DNA from: Candidatus Gastranaerophilales bacterium
GTDB taxonomy: Bacteria > Cyanobacteriota > Vampirovibrionia > Gastranaerophilales > Gastranaerophilaceae
Length of the DNA: 47,067 bases
NCBI GenBank assembly: GCA_947626645.1
Contig: CANQSZ010000001.1
Span: 1 to 47,067 of the forward strand
Direction of reading: 5' to 3'
In this document: positions 18,908-28,522 of the stretch, piece after piece
How positions within the stretch are numbered: the stretch's first letter is position 1
Layout of the letters: the number at the start of each line of letters is the position of its first letter
Translations under genes and position numbers: made by a program
The notes under the pieces: generated by a model
Database searches by the model: none
What the model was told of the DNA's origin: nothing
What the model saw: the letters and a program-made list of their open reading frames with translations, nothing else

Positions 18908-19783
18908 TTATAATACATATTTTTTGCTAAACTTTTGCTTTTTCGAACATTTAATTTTTATAAAGTTTAGGAAACTGTATGTTGTTGTATCTCCTTTGGT
19001 TTTACTTTTAAATACCGTTAACCCGAATATTTTATTTTTTTTAGTGATAACTTTTAGTTTAGATACATCTATATTATGTTCTTTGAAATATTCATCAGTC
19101 CTTTTCACTGCTTCTTCATGATGATCACCAAATTTTCCTTGGGCTACTATAGATTTTGAATGCCGCCAGTAGTAATAATATACTCCCGTAACGGTTACAA
19201 GTTTTTTCAGATTATACAACACTTGTGGAGTGTATATTAAATCTTCATATAAAATACCTTCTTCAAATTTTAAATTAAATTCTTTGAGTTTTTCGATTTT
19301 GTATATTTTATTTACTACATAAGATTTTTCGGGAACATCACAAATCTCAAATTTTTTGTTTGTATCTTCCGTAACAACTTCATCTTCTATTTTTAAATGA
19401 TATTTTTTGTTATGTTTGTTAAGTTTGATTATTCCTGCAACGGCAATGTCGGCATCGTGTTTTTTAGCTGTATTATACAATTTTTCGTAAAAATCCAAAT
19501 CAATCCAATCATCGCTATCGACAAATCCTATATATTCACCTGTTGCAATATCTATGCCTTTATTTCTTGCTGCAGATACCCCTGCGTTTTCTTGATTAAT
19601 AATAATTATTCTGTTGTCTTTTGTTTTAAATTCCTCTAGGATTTGTTCGGACTTATCTGTTGAGCCGTCGTTTACGCAAATAATCTCAATGTCTTTTAAT
19701 GTTTGATTGATGATACTTTCCAAGCATCTTTCGAGAAATTTTTCGACATTATAAACGGGAACTATTACTGAAACTTTTGTCAT
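18908..19783 (-). CDS. Glycosyltransferase family 2
   Basis: 291 aa. Has VSVIVPVYNVEKFLERCLESIINQTLKDIEIICVNDGSTD ... GEYIGFVDSDDW (DxD). Close paralog of the product of 41365-42237. Confidence 0.85.
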   Translation of the reverse strand: MTKVSVIVPVYNVEKFLERCLESIINQTLKDIEIICVNDGSTDKSEQILEEFKTKDNRIIIINQENAGVSAARNKGIDIATGEYIGFVDSDDWIDLDFYEKLYNTAKKHDADIAVAGIIKLNKHNKKYHLKIEDEVVTEDTNKKFEICDVPEKSYVVNKIYKIEKLKEFNLKFEEGILYEDLIYTPQVLYNLKKLVTVTGVYYYYWRHSKSIVAQGKFGDHHEEAVKRTDEYFKEHNIDVSKLKVITKKNKIFGLTVFKSKTKGDTTTYSFLNFIKIKCSKKQKFSKKYVL

Positions 19784-19784
19784 T

Positions 19785-21020
19785 TTATAAAATCTCCATT
19801 ATATATTCCCGCTTAACCGTCTTTTGTTCGCCTGTTGAAAGGTTTTTCACCGATACAACACCGGCATTAATTTCGTCTTCACCCAAGATTACCGCGTAAT
19901 TTGCAACCTTAGATGCTTTTTCTAATTGTTTTGTGAATTTTTTATTCGATAAATCCATTTCGGTTGTATATCCCATATTGCGCAATTCTTCCGCCAAAAT
20001 AAATGCCTCTTGTGTGTTGTTTGAAACAATGAAACAATCGAGTTTAGCCGCCTCTTTTTTATCCAACAGAGAAATTAACCTTTCCATACCCATTGCAAAC
20101 CCGACCGCCGGAGTTGATTCTCCGCCCAGTTGTTCGACAAGATTATCGTATCTTCCGCCGCCGCAAACCGCATTTTGCGAACCCAAATTGTTTGATTTTA
20201 TTTCAAACACCGTTCGATTGTAATAGTCTAAACCCCTTACAAGAAGTTTGTTTTCAACGTATTTGATATTTGCTCTGTCAAGATAGGTTTTTAATTCGTT
20301 ATAATGCTGAGCGCATTCCTCACAAATAAAATCCGAATTGATAACCGCTTGAACTTCCGGTTTTTCAAAAATCTTTTTACAATCTTCAACCTTGCAATCC
20401 AAAAGCCTTAAAGGATTTTTTTCATATCTGTTTTGACAATCCTCGCACAAATCGTTGTAATAAGGTTTTAAAACGGATTTGAGCTTGGTTTTAAATTCCT
20501 CACGACATTTCGGGCAGCCTAAAGAGTTTATCTCAACTTCCAAATCGCAAAGCCCGAGGGATTTAAGGAAATTAACCGCCATAAGGATAACTTCGGCATC
20601 CGCTGCGGGTTGTTTAATCCCGAACATTTCAACCCCGACTTGGTGAAACTGTCTTTGACGTCCGGCTTGCGGGCGTTCGTAACGAAACATTGCACCTTTA
20701 TACCAAAGTTTGACGGGAGCCGACAGTCTTGACATACCGTTTTCAATGTATGAACGCACAACCCCTGCCGTATTTTCAGGTCTTAATGTAATAGAACGGT
20801 CGCTTTTTTCAAAAGAATACATTTCTTTGTTTACGATGTCTGTCGTATCGCCAACACCTCTTGCAAACAGTTCCGTAACTTCAATTATAGGGGTTCTGAT
20901 TTCTTTAAATCCGTATTTTGAAAAAACTTCCCATGCTTTTTTTTCGGTAAATTGCCACATGTCAACGTCTTGCGGCAATATATCCTTCGTTCCTTTTAAA
21001 ACTTTTATTATCTCAGACAT
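19785..21020 (-). CDS. hisS: Histidine--tRNA ligase
   Basis: 411 aa. Class II motifs (LRPENTAGVVR, FRYERPQAGRQRQFHQ, GGGRYDNL) and an anticodon-binding C-terminal domain. Confidence 0.95.
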   Translation of the reverse strand: MSEIIKVLKGTKDILPQDVDMWQFTEKKAWEVFSKYGFKEIRTPIIEVTELFARGVGDTTDIVNKEMYSFEKSDRSITLRPENTAGVVRSYIENGMSRLSAPVKLWYKGAMFRYERPQAGRQRQFHQVGVEMFGIKQPAADAEVILMAVNFLKSLGLCDLEVEINSLGCPKCREEFKTKLKSVLKPYYNDLCEDCQNRYEKNPLRLLDCKVEDCKKIFEKPEVQAVINSDFICEECAQHYNELKTYLDRANIKYVENKLLVRGLDYYNRTVFEIKSNNLGSQNAVCGGGRYDNLVEQLGGESTPAVGFAMGMERLISLLDKKEAAKLDCFIVSNNTQEAFILAEELRNMGYTTEMDLSNKKFTKQLEKASKVANYAVILGEDEINAGVVSVKNLSTGEQKTVKREYIMEIL

Positions 21021-21110
21021 ATCAAAATTATATTATTTCAATATCTAATGTCAAAGCCTGCGGTTTAAAATTTTATAAATTTAAACAATCCGTGAAAAAA
21101 CCGCTAAAGA

Positions 21111-23315
21111 TTAAATAATTTGTGTTAAGACCAATCCGCAATTATTTTCCGCAACTTTATCAAGCGGTATTTCAAATTCAACCGCCGGAAATTCCGGATC
21201 GGTATATGTAACCGTTTTGGTTTCGGGGTTGTATGATTTTATTGATGTTGTATGACCGGTATTTTTATGCGTGCGAAAGTTGCGATTTATTATATATCGC
21301 GGATTGTTGGCATAATTTTGTATTGTATATTCAATTTGATTTTTGTCTTTAACGGTTTTTATAAAAGCTCTTTTTTGCTGTATTCTTTCCGGTAAAAATT
21401 CTTTTATAACATCAGTTTCATGCCCTCCGCCAATTCTTTTTTGTAAAAAATCATAATTTTTAGTAGAAAAAGGATTTTCGTCAACAGGAATACGTGAACC
21501 TTTTCTTAAGGCAACTCTTGAATAACAACGTTCAATCATTTGAATATGTTTTGCGGCATTTGCGTTTGCATCAACGGTCTTAATTTTCCCGTTAGAGAAC
21601 CTTCTTGTTCCTCTGAAATTTGAATATGCAGGAATTGTAACAAAGATGTCATCACCTTTTTGTTTAAACATTTTGTAGTAGTCACCTCGGGTTTTGGGGT
21701 TTTGGTATAGTGAATTAAGGACTGTAATTAAATAACAATCATCGACCCCTTGGATTGTCGAAAATCTATCTGCAAGCGGGAATAGCTCGTTAAATTTTTC
21801 TTCTGTCATTTGCCATGGTTCAAGTCTGCCGTTGTTGTTGATGTACAGTTTATTATTTACCGAAACAACATCGCCTGCTTGTGTTTTTTGCAAGATATTT
21901 TCCATTGAAGTAAATTTTTTTATGATACTTTCACCTTTATTTAATTTTTCAATATCGGCAAGTATTTCGGGAATAAAAACAGGGCTTAGGTCGTAAACCG
22001 TAAGTATTCTCGGGTTTATTTTCTTTTCTTTTATCAAAGATAATATGTTCAAATCTTCCAATACTTTATATTTCTGCGGATTAGATAATTTTAATGAAAC
22101 AAGATTGTCTATAAGATAATTCATATTATCATAAGATACGTTTTCTTTTAGTGCCTCTTTCCAAGGTATAAACACTTGTTCATATAATTTTTCCAAAGAT
22201 TCTTCACTTTGCGATTTGGATATCGGATCCATTAATGTTCTAAATTTAAAGCAAGATTTTTCATCAAATTTTCCCTCTTGTAAAAATTTTTCTAAAAATT
22301 TGATGTTATCTTTACCTGCCGAATTAAGAACAAGAAAAATATCTTCCGGAATTTTTCCTTCTTTTACAAGTATAATAATTTGTTCTAACGATTTTTCATT
22401 TCCGCCTTCTTTGAGAAACGTATTGATACCTTGAAGATATCTCGGATGAATGGTTTGGGGATATTTTTTTGACAAATTTATAAAAATGTTATAATTTTCA
22501 TCTGTTACAACTTTATCTGCAAGAAGTTTTGTATTTTTGTTAAGAATGAAAGCGTCTGAATTTTTAATCATCAGAGCCTTTTGAGCTGCTTGCGGATTTT
22601 CTTCGGCAGCTTTTAAAAAGTCGAGGAAGTATTGATTTTCTTTTTCTACAAATTTCGGTGTAAATTTAAAATGTCTTAAAATACTGTTTGCAATTTCGGG
22701 ATTATTGATATGCTCTAACGAGCTTACAAAACCCTCTATAAACTGCGGATTTTTACAAACTTCTTTATCCATTGCTTTAATGTATCCGTTTGCAGCGTCT
22801 AAATCAATTCCCGCTTTAAACAGTCTTTCGTTTGTTTTATTTTCAATACTTTCAAATAATTTATAAAAGAAATTTTCATCAATTTTATCCGACGATTTAA
22901 GGTTTTTCAAATAAGAAATACTTAAATTTCCCTTTATAATTTCTTTCATTCCTTTTGAATCCCATAAAGTTTTAAAACTGCGTGAATCTCTAAATAACAT
23001 AGCAGAAAGATTAACAATAACAGCTTCTTTATCTTCCGAATAAGAAATGTTTTTAAAATCCTCTCTAATTTGCTTTACTATTTTGACATACCTGTTTGAA
23101 TATACATTATTTTTTAAAATGGCGTTTACGAGGTTTTTATCTTCACAATATTTTATGAGATGTCCGGCATAAGAATCTGCTGCGTAAGTAACCGGTTTTA
23201 CGGCAGATGATGCTGCAACGGCAGCTTTTGGTGCCGTTTTTTGTACAATGGTTTTTGAGTTTTTTTCAACTGCTTTTACGGTTGCAGTTAATATTTTTCC
23301 TATTTCTATTGCCAT
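21111..23315 (-). CDS. Large hypothetical protein with a C-terminal calpain-like (clan CA) cysteine peptidase signature
   Basis: 734 aa with no signal peptide. About 500 aa of helical N-terminal region without recognisable domains. The C-terminus has IQGVDDCYLITVLNSL (Cys527, codon at 21735-21737), resembling the calpain QGxxGDCWLLAAxxSL active site, and later NTGHTTSIKSYNPE, a possible His/Asn pair. Confidence 0.6.
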   Translation of the reverse strand: MAIEIGKILTATVKAVEKNSKTIVQKTAPKAAVAASSAVKPVTYAADSYAGHLIKYCEDKNLVNAILKNNVYSNRYVKIVKQIREDFKNISYSEDKEAVIVNLSAMLFRDSRSFKTLWDSKGMKEIIKGNLSISYLKNLKSSDKIDENFFYKLFESIENKTNERLFKAGIDLDAANGYIKAMDKEVCKNPQFIEGFVSSLEHINNPEIANSILRHFKFTPKFVEKENQYFLDFLKAAEENPQAAQKALMIKNSDAFILNKNTKLLADKVVTDENYNIFINLSKKYPQTIHPRYLQGINTFLKEGGNEKSLEQIIILVKEGKIPEDIFLVLNSAGKDNIKFLEKFLQEGKFDEKSCFKFRTLMDPISKSQSEESLEKLYEQVFIPWKEALKENVSYDNMNYLIDNLVSLKLSNPQKYKVLEDLNILSLIKEKKINPRILTVYDLSPVFIPEILADIEKLNKGESIIKKFTSMENILQKTQAGDVVSVNNKLYINNNGRLEPWQMTEEKFNELFPLADRFSTIQGVDDCYLITVLNSLYQNPKTRGDYYKMFKQKGDDIFVTIPAYSNFRGTRRFSNGKIKTVDANANAAKHIQMIERCYSRVALRKGSRIPVDENPFSTKNYDFLQKRIGGGHETDVIKEFLPERIQQKRAFIKTVKDKNQIEYTIQNYANNPRYIINRNFRTHKNTGHTTSIKSYNPETKTVTYTDPEFPAVEFEIPLDKVAENNCGLVLTQII

Positions 23316-23479
23316 AATTTTCCCTTACATGAATATAAAAAATTTTTCGCGGGAAAAATGCCAAATTGTTCGGAAAAATTATCGTTTTCTTTACATATTG
23401 TAATTTATTTACATCAAATTAATCTGATTGTATTATTATATATAGTAAGATATGATTAGGATTTCTTTCGGAGGCTAAA

Positions 23480-24799
23480 TTGGTAGAAAGATATTACATA
23501 AAAGGCGGAATCCCATTAAAAGGCGAAGTATCAATAGGCGGGGCAAAAAACTCGGTTTTAAAACTTATGGCTGCGGCTATTCTTGCTAAAGGGGAATCAA
23601 AAATATACAATGTTCCCGATTTGACGGATGTTGAAATAATGCTGAATGTTATTGCGCAATTGGGTGCAAAAACAGCTTATAATAAAGAAGAAAAATCTCT
23701 GACAATCGATGCAACAGATATAACAAGCATTACCGCAAGTTATGAACTTGTAAGCAAAATGCGAGCATCGTTTATTGTTTTAGGCGCATTAATATCAAGA
23801 TGTAAAGAAGCGCGTGTTGCACTCCCCGGTGGTTGTGCAATCGGCGAAAGACGTGTGGATTTCCATATAAGAGGTCTTGAAGCGCTCGGTGCCAAAATAA
23901 AAATCGAAAACGGCTATGTCCATGCTAAAACCAACAAATTGATAGGTTCTGATGTGTATTTGGATATCCCGTCAGTCGGCGCAACAGAAAATATCATGCT
24001 TGCCTCGGTTTTGGCGGAAGGTTCAACCCGTATCCAAAACGCCGCACAAGAACCCGAGATTGTCGATTTGGCAAACTTTTTAAATACAATGGGTGCTGAT
24101 ATTTCAGGCGCGGGAACCTCCGAAATTATCATAAACGGTGTAAAACAAGACCAATTACATCCGATTGAATACACAACAATTCCCGACAGAATTGAAGCCG
24201 GTACGTTTATGACCGCAATTATCGCTACAAAAGGGAAAGGGATTATAAGAAATATTTATCCCGCTCATTTAACGTTCTTTACCGATAAATTGCTTAAGAT
24301 GGGCGCAAATATTAAGCTCTTAGACCCTACATCAATGGAAGTAAGCTGTAAAAACAGGCTCAATTCAATAAACTTTGTAACCCAGCCCTATCCGGGGTTT
24401 CCGACAGACTTGCAGTCTATGGCAATGACCCTTCTGACAACGGCAAACGGTGTCGGAATTATTACCGAAAGTCTTTATGAAAACAGATTTATGCAAGTTC
24501 CCGATTTGAACAGAATGGGTGCCGACATTCACCAAGACAGAAACCACGCGATTATAAAAGGGGTGAAAAAATTATCAGGCGCTATCCTAACCGCAAGCGA
24601 CTTAAGAGCCGGCGCATCTTTAGTGGTTGCTGCTCTTATGGCTGACGGAAATTCCGTTGTGGAAAAATTACATCATATAGATAGAGGATACGAAAATTTT
24701 GAAAATAAGATAAGATTGTTAGGAGGGAAAATTGAACGCAAAGATGAAGATTCCCCGAAAAACCTAACGGAGGGTACACATAATGAGTCCTACTTATAA
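23480..24799 (+). CDS. murA: UDP-N-acetylglucosamine 1-carboxyvinyltransferase
   Basis: 439 aa, TTG start with a GGAGG RBS. Has GGAKNSVLKLMAAAILA, the active-site loop LPGGCAIGERRVDFH, and HHIDRGYENFENK. Short non-conserved C-terminal tail. Confidence 0.95.
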   Translation: MVERYYIKGGIPLKGEVSIGGAKNSVLKLMAAAILAKGESKIYNVPDLTDVEIMLNVIAQLGAKTAYNKEEKSLTIDATDITSITASYELVSKMRASFIVLGALISRCKEARVALPGGCAIGERRVDFHIRGLEALGAKIKIENGYVHAKTNKLIGSDVYLDIPSVGATENIMLASVLAEGSTRIQNAAQEPEIVDLANFLNTMGADISGAGTSEIIINGVKQDQLHPIEYTTIPDRIEAGTFMTAIIATKGKGIIRNIYPAHLTFFTDKLLKMGANIKLLDPTSMEVSCKNRLNSINFVTQPYPGFPTDLQSMAMTLLTTANGVGIITESLYENRFMQVPDLNRMGADIHQDRNHAIIKGVKKLSGAILTASDLRAGASLVVAALMADGNSVVEKLHHIDRGYENFENKIRLLGGKIERKDEDSPKNLTEGTHNESYL

Positions 24800-25118
24800 A
24801 CGTTGGTATGATCATGACCCGTTATTATTGGAAGTAATTGAGCTTTTGAGAAATTACCAAACGGAATTGAAAGCCCAAGCAGAGATTTTTCTGCAAAAAA
24901 TTGAAGAAAAAGTTTCCAAAGAAACTATCGATAAATTTTATGCAATGGTAAAACCCGTAAATGCAAACAACCGCTGGTATGATAAAGATCCGGTTATTTC
25001 CAAAACAGTAGAAATTTTGAGAATAGTACCCCCTGAAGCTCAAAGAATTTGCGCTCAAAACTTTATCAAAACCCTTAAAGAAATGGGTATTGATTACCAA
25101 AGCCCCAATGTAAAATAA
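24783..25118 (+). CDS. Hypothetical protein with an internal tandem duplication (2 x RWYDxDP module)
   Basis: 111 aa. KRWYDHDPLLLEVIELLRNYQTELKAQAEIFLQKI aligns with NRWYDKDPVISKTVEILRIVPPEAQRICAQNFIKTL. Overlaps the murA 3' end by 17 nt. Confidence 0.6.
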   Translation: MSPTYKRWYDHDPLLLEVIELLRNYQTELKAQAEIFLQKIEEKVSKETIDKFYAMVKPVNANNRWYDKDPVISKTVEILRIVPPEAQRICAQNFIKTLKEMGIDYQSPNVK

Positions 25119-25384
25119 CTTTCCTGCAATAAAAATAGCCGTCGTAACGGCTTATTCGTAAAAGGTTAGTGTAGGAGAAAATAAAGAAAAAGAAAATGAT
25201 TGTGTACACACTATATATACCCTTTTTTACCTAAAAAGTAACACAATCTGAGAAAACTTTTACAATTCTTAATGTTTTTATAATTATTGAGCTTTTTAAA
25301 ATATCAAGTACGTCTTATGTTGTGTAATATTTGCAATTTGCTTTTTTTTTGATTAGAATGAAGATAAAAAAATGAGGGGATAAG

Positions 25385-26110
25385 ATGAGAATTGAGGCAA
25401 GAAATTTAGTAAAGATTTACGGAGACCGCAGTGTTGTAAATGACGTTTCTTTTAATGTAAATAAAGGGGAAGTGGTTTGTCTTTTAGGACCGAACGGTGC
25501 GGGTAAAACGACTACGTTTTATATGATTGTCGGACTGATTAAGCCCAATAAAGGACATGTTTTGTTAAACGGCGAAGAAATTTCAAATATGCCCATGCAC
25601 TTAAGAGCAAAAGCAGGAATTGGGTATTTGCCTCAAGAAGCATCGAGTTTCAGAAGTTTGTCCGTAGAAGATAATATAAAATTAGTTTTACAGATGAATG
25701 ATAAATTAACGGAAGATGAGAAGAAGAAAAAACTTGAAGAATTATTATCGGAATTTGGGATGACAAGATTGCGTTCGGCTACAGCCATATCGTTATCGGG
25801 CGGTGAAAGACGCCGTGTGGAGCTTGCAAGAGCTTTGGCGGCAAGTCCTGATTTTATCTTACTTGATGAACCGTTTACGGGAATTGACCCTATTGCAATA
25901 GGCGAAATTAAAGAAAATATCCGTAAACTGTCCGATGATAAAGGTTTAGGGGTTTTAATCACCGATCACAACCCTAAAGCTACTCTGTCCATTACAGACA
26001 GAGCCTACGTTATTTTTGACGGCAAGATTAAAATTCAGGGAAGAAGTGAAGAAGTTGCTAACAATCCGATTGCTAAAGAATTTTATTTAGGAAAGGATTT
26101 CACGCTGTAA
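25385..26110 (+). CDS. lptB: LPS export ABC transporter ATP-binding protein LptB
   Basis: 241 aa. Walker A GPNGAGKTT, LPQEASSFR, signature LSGGERRR, Walker B ILLDEP, and an LptB-type C-terminus (NPIAKEFYLG). Confidence 0.9.
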   Translation: MRIEARNLVKIYGDRSVVNDVSFNVNKGEVVCLLGPNGAGKTTTFYMIVGLIKPNKGHVLLNGEEISNMPMHLRAKAGIGYLPQEASSFRSLSVEDNIKLVLQMNDKLTEDEKKKKLEELLSEFGMTRLRSATAISLSGGERRRVELARALAASPDFILLDEPFTGIDPIAIGEIKENIRKLSDDKGLGVLITDHNPKATLSITDRAYVIFDGKIKIQGRSEEVANNPIAKEFYLGKDFTL

Positions 26111-27228
26111 TGACGTTTAAATTTCCTAAAATTACGATATATGACAGGTATATTTTCAGACAGGTAACTTTATCGTCTTTAGTTGCAATATTGTTGTTTA
26201 CAATCGTTTGGATAGCTCCCGAGATTTTATTGAACACGGTAAAAGACGCTTTAGCGGGGCAATACGGTTTGAAAACGGCAATGCTTCTTTTGTTTTATGA
26301 ATTGCCTAAAATTTTGGATAAAGCATTTCCTGTAGGGTTGTTGTTGGGAACGTTATTCACGTTCGACAAATTGAGTAAGGATTCGGAAATAACGATATTC
26401 AGAGCGGTAGGAATGTCTTTTCCGCGAATAATAGCACCGGTTATGGTTTTGAGTATAATATTTACTTTTTTGTGCTTTATAACGGGCGATAAGGGAACTC
26501 CGATGGCGGCGGTTAAAATGGACGAAATTTTCGGCTCGGTTCGTACGGCTCAATACATTTATACTCAGAAAAATGATGACGGGCTGCCTTTAATGTCGGT
26601 TATTGTATCAAAATCGGCAAACAGAAAACTTCAAAATGTCATAGTTCTTGATTTTTCCAATCAGGTTTATCAGGATGTACACCAGCTTTCAAACATTTAT
26701 TCGGCAAAAAGCGGGTACGCTTATGATGATAAGTGGGTTTTGGATGATATTGTTAATTATGTTATCTCCAATGACGGAGTTTATATAGACATAAAAAAAT
26801 TGAAAAAAATGGAAATATTAAACGGAGAATCGGCAAAGAACGCTTATATTCTTATGACATATTCGTCGATGAAAGAAAGAAATATTACAAACAAAGATTT
26901 GAAAGAATATGTAAGGCTTTTGAAGAAAGAAAATCTTTCCGAGGAATATAACGGAAAATTGAATAAATATTTGCAAAGATTTTTCCACCCGTTGGTGTGC
27001 ATATTGTTAGCGATATTGGGTTGTTTGTTAGGTTTCAGCAAGCCCAGAGAACAGCGTTTGATAGGTTTTACAATAGCGATTGGGTGTATTTTTGTTTATT
27101 ACATAACGCTGCCGTTTTTTGATTTATTGGCGGAAAAAGGAATATTATCACCGTATATCACGGCAACATTTCCTATAATTGCTTTTACGGCGGCTATTTG
27201 CGGGTTTTACAAGTCAAAGGATTTATAG
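26110..27228 (+). CDS. LptF/LptG-family LPS export permease
   Basis: 372 aa. YjgP/YjgQ architecture: 3 TM helices, a large periplasmic beta-jellyroll region, then 3 TM helices. N-terminus DRYIFRQV. Start overlaps the lptB stop (TAATG). Confidence 0.8.
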   Translation: MTFKFPKITIYDRYIFRQVTLSSLVAILLFTIVWIAPEILLNTVKDALAGQYGLKTAMLLLFYELPKILDKAFPVGLLLGTLFTFDKLSKDSEITIFRAVGMSFPRIIAPVMVLSIIFTFLCFITGDKGTPMAAVKMDEIFGSVRTAQYIYTQKNDDGLPLMSVIVSKSANRKLQNVIVLDFSNQVYQDVHQLSNIYSAKSGYAYDDKWVLDDIVNYVISNDGVYIDIKKLKKMEILNGESAKNAYILMTYSSMKERNITNKDLKEYVRLLKKENLSEEYNGKLNKYLQRFFHPLVCILLAILGCLLGFSKPREQRLIGFTIAIGCIFVYYITLPFFDLLAEKGILSPYITATFPIIAFTAAICGFYKSKDL

Positions 27229-27230
27229 TT

Positions 27231-28037
27231 ATGAAATTATTTAAACTGATTATTCCGATTTTATTTATTTTTATGTTGTGTGTTCCGGCAAATGCCAATG
27301 ACATTTCAATCAGTCATGACAACGGAATTTACCATATAATTCTCAAGGGTGAAAAAATTAAAAAGAAGATTAAATTTATAACATCCGAAGATTTAATAAC
27401 AAACAGAGAAGCGCATGTAAAAAGCAATGCTCAACTGACTGTCAATGCGGGATTTTTCGACCCCAAAAACGGTAAAACGATATCATACATTGTTACGGAC
27501 AGAATGACATCGGCTGATCCGATGTTTAACAGCGCGTTATTAGCCAATCCTTTTTTCAGAAAAAATATGAATACGATTTTAAACAGAACGGAATTCAGAA
27601 TAATGCAATGCGGGAACAAATTTCAATATGAAATCGTTTCGCACAAATCGAATGTGCCTTTCGGGTGCGCCTTAATAACTTCGGCACAAGCAGGACCATT
27701 GATTTATCCCGAACTTCATCTGGAAGAAGAAGGATTTATTGTCAAAAACGAAGACGGTGAGGTTATTAGAGAATCTTCCTCGGTTTTGCATAAGACTTCA
27801 AGAACAATTATCGGTCTGAAAGGAACGGATGAATGTCATATTCTGATAATCACAGACGAAAACCCGATGGATATGTACGAAGTTCAAAAATTATGCAAAA
27901 GTTTGGGATTAGACAGAGCAATGGGCTTTGACGGCGGCAGCTCAACTTCCATGAATTACAAAAATAAGTTGGAAGTTGTTTCAAATAAAGGCGATGGTGG
28001 CGGCAGAATGCTCAAATCATTTATGGTTGTATATTAA
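27231..28037 (+). CDS. Phosphodiester glycosidase family protein (DUF2233/NAGPA-like), secreted
   Basis: ATG 27231 gives a signal peptide MKLFKLIIPILFIFMLCVPANA; the track start at 27198 overlaps lptF/G. The C-terminal GFDGGSSTSM motif is typical of the family. Confidence 0.65.
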   Translation: MKLFKLIIPILFIFMLCVPANANDISISHDNGIYHIILKGEKIKKKIKFITSEDLITNREAHVKSNAQLTVNAGFFDPKNGKTISYIVTDRMTSADPMFNSALLANPFFRKNMNTILNRTEFRIMQCGNKFQYEIVSHKSNVPFGCALITSAQAGPLIYPELHLEEEGFIVKNEDGEVIRESSSVLHKTSRTIIGLKGTDECHILIITDENPMDMYEVQKLCKSLGLDRAMGFDGGSSTSMNYKNKLEVVSNKGDGGGRMLKSFMVVY

Positions 28038-28095
28038 TTTTAAAATATCTTTACTTGTAGGCAAAAAAATTTTTTTTCTGCTTTATAATAATAGT

Positions 28096-28515
28096 ATGGT
28101 AATGATATCTTCCATAAAACCTTATAATGTTGTATCTTTCACCTCTCACCAAAATCCGGCGGTGAAAGAGGCAATTGATGTTTCTCAAATGCTTGAAGAT
28201 AACGGTTTTGAGCATACGGAAGAATCTTATTACAGATTTATCAATTCCGAGATAAACGAACTTCGCCAAGCCAGAAAAAATAATGATTTTGAAAATATGA
28301 AAGAAGAATTGGGCGATGTGTTGTTTGACACGATTATGCTCGCAAATTACTACGGAATAGACCCTGTTACGGCATTGAAATCTTCAAGCAAAAAAATCCG
28401 AACAAGGATAGAAAAAGCACGTGAAATTGCACAGGCACCGTTGACTTATTACCCTTTTAATCAACGCTTAATTTTTTGGGATATGGCAAAAAAAGAGTTA
28501 AAAAATAATAAATAA
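28096..28515 (+). CDS. MazG-like nucleotide pyrophosphohydrolase
   Basis: ATG 28096 (139 aa). EINELRQA ... EELGDVLFDTIMLANYYGIDP matches the MazG EExxE/D helix pair. Confidence 0.7.
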   Translation: MVMISSIKPYNVVSFTSHQNPAVKEAIDVSQMLEDNGFEHTEESYYRFINSEINELRQARKNNDFENMKEELGDVLFDTIMLANYYGIDPVTALKSSSKKIRTRIEKAREIAQAPLTYYPFNQRLIFWDMAKKELKNNK

Positions 28516-28522
28516 TCAAAAG

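Noticed and set aside
21021-21110. T-box leader upstream of hisS
   Set aside because: Only about 90 nt are available, and I could not find a specifier loop, T-box sequence or antiterminator. The region contains only AT-rich palindromes.
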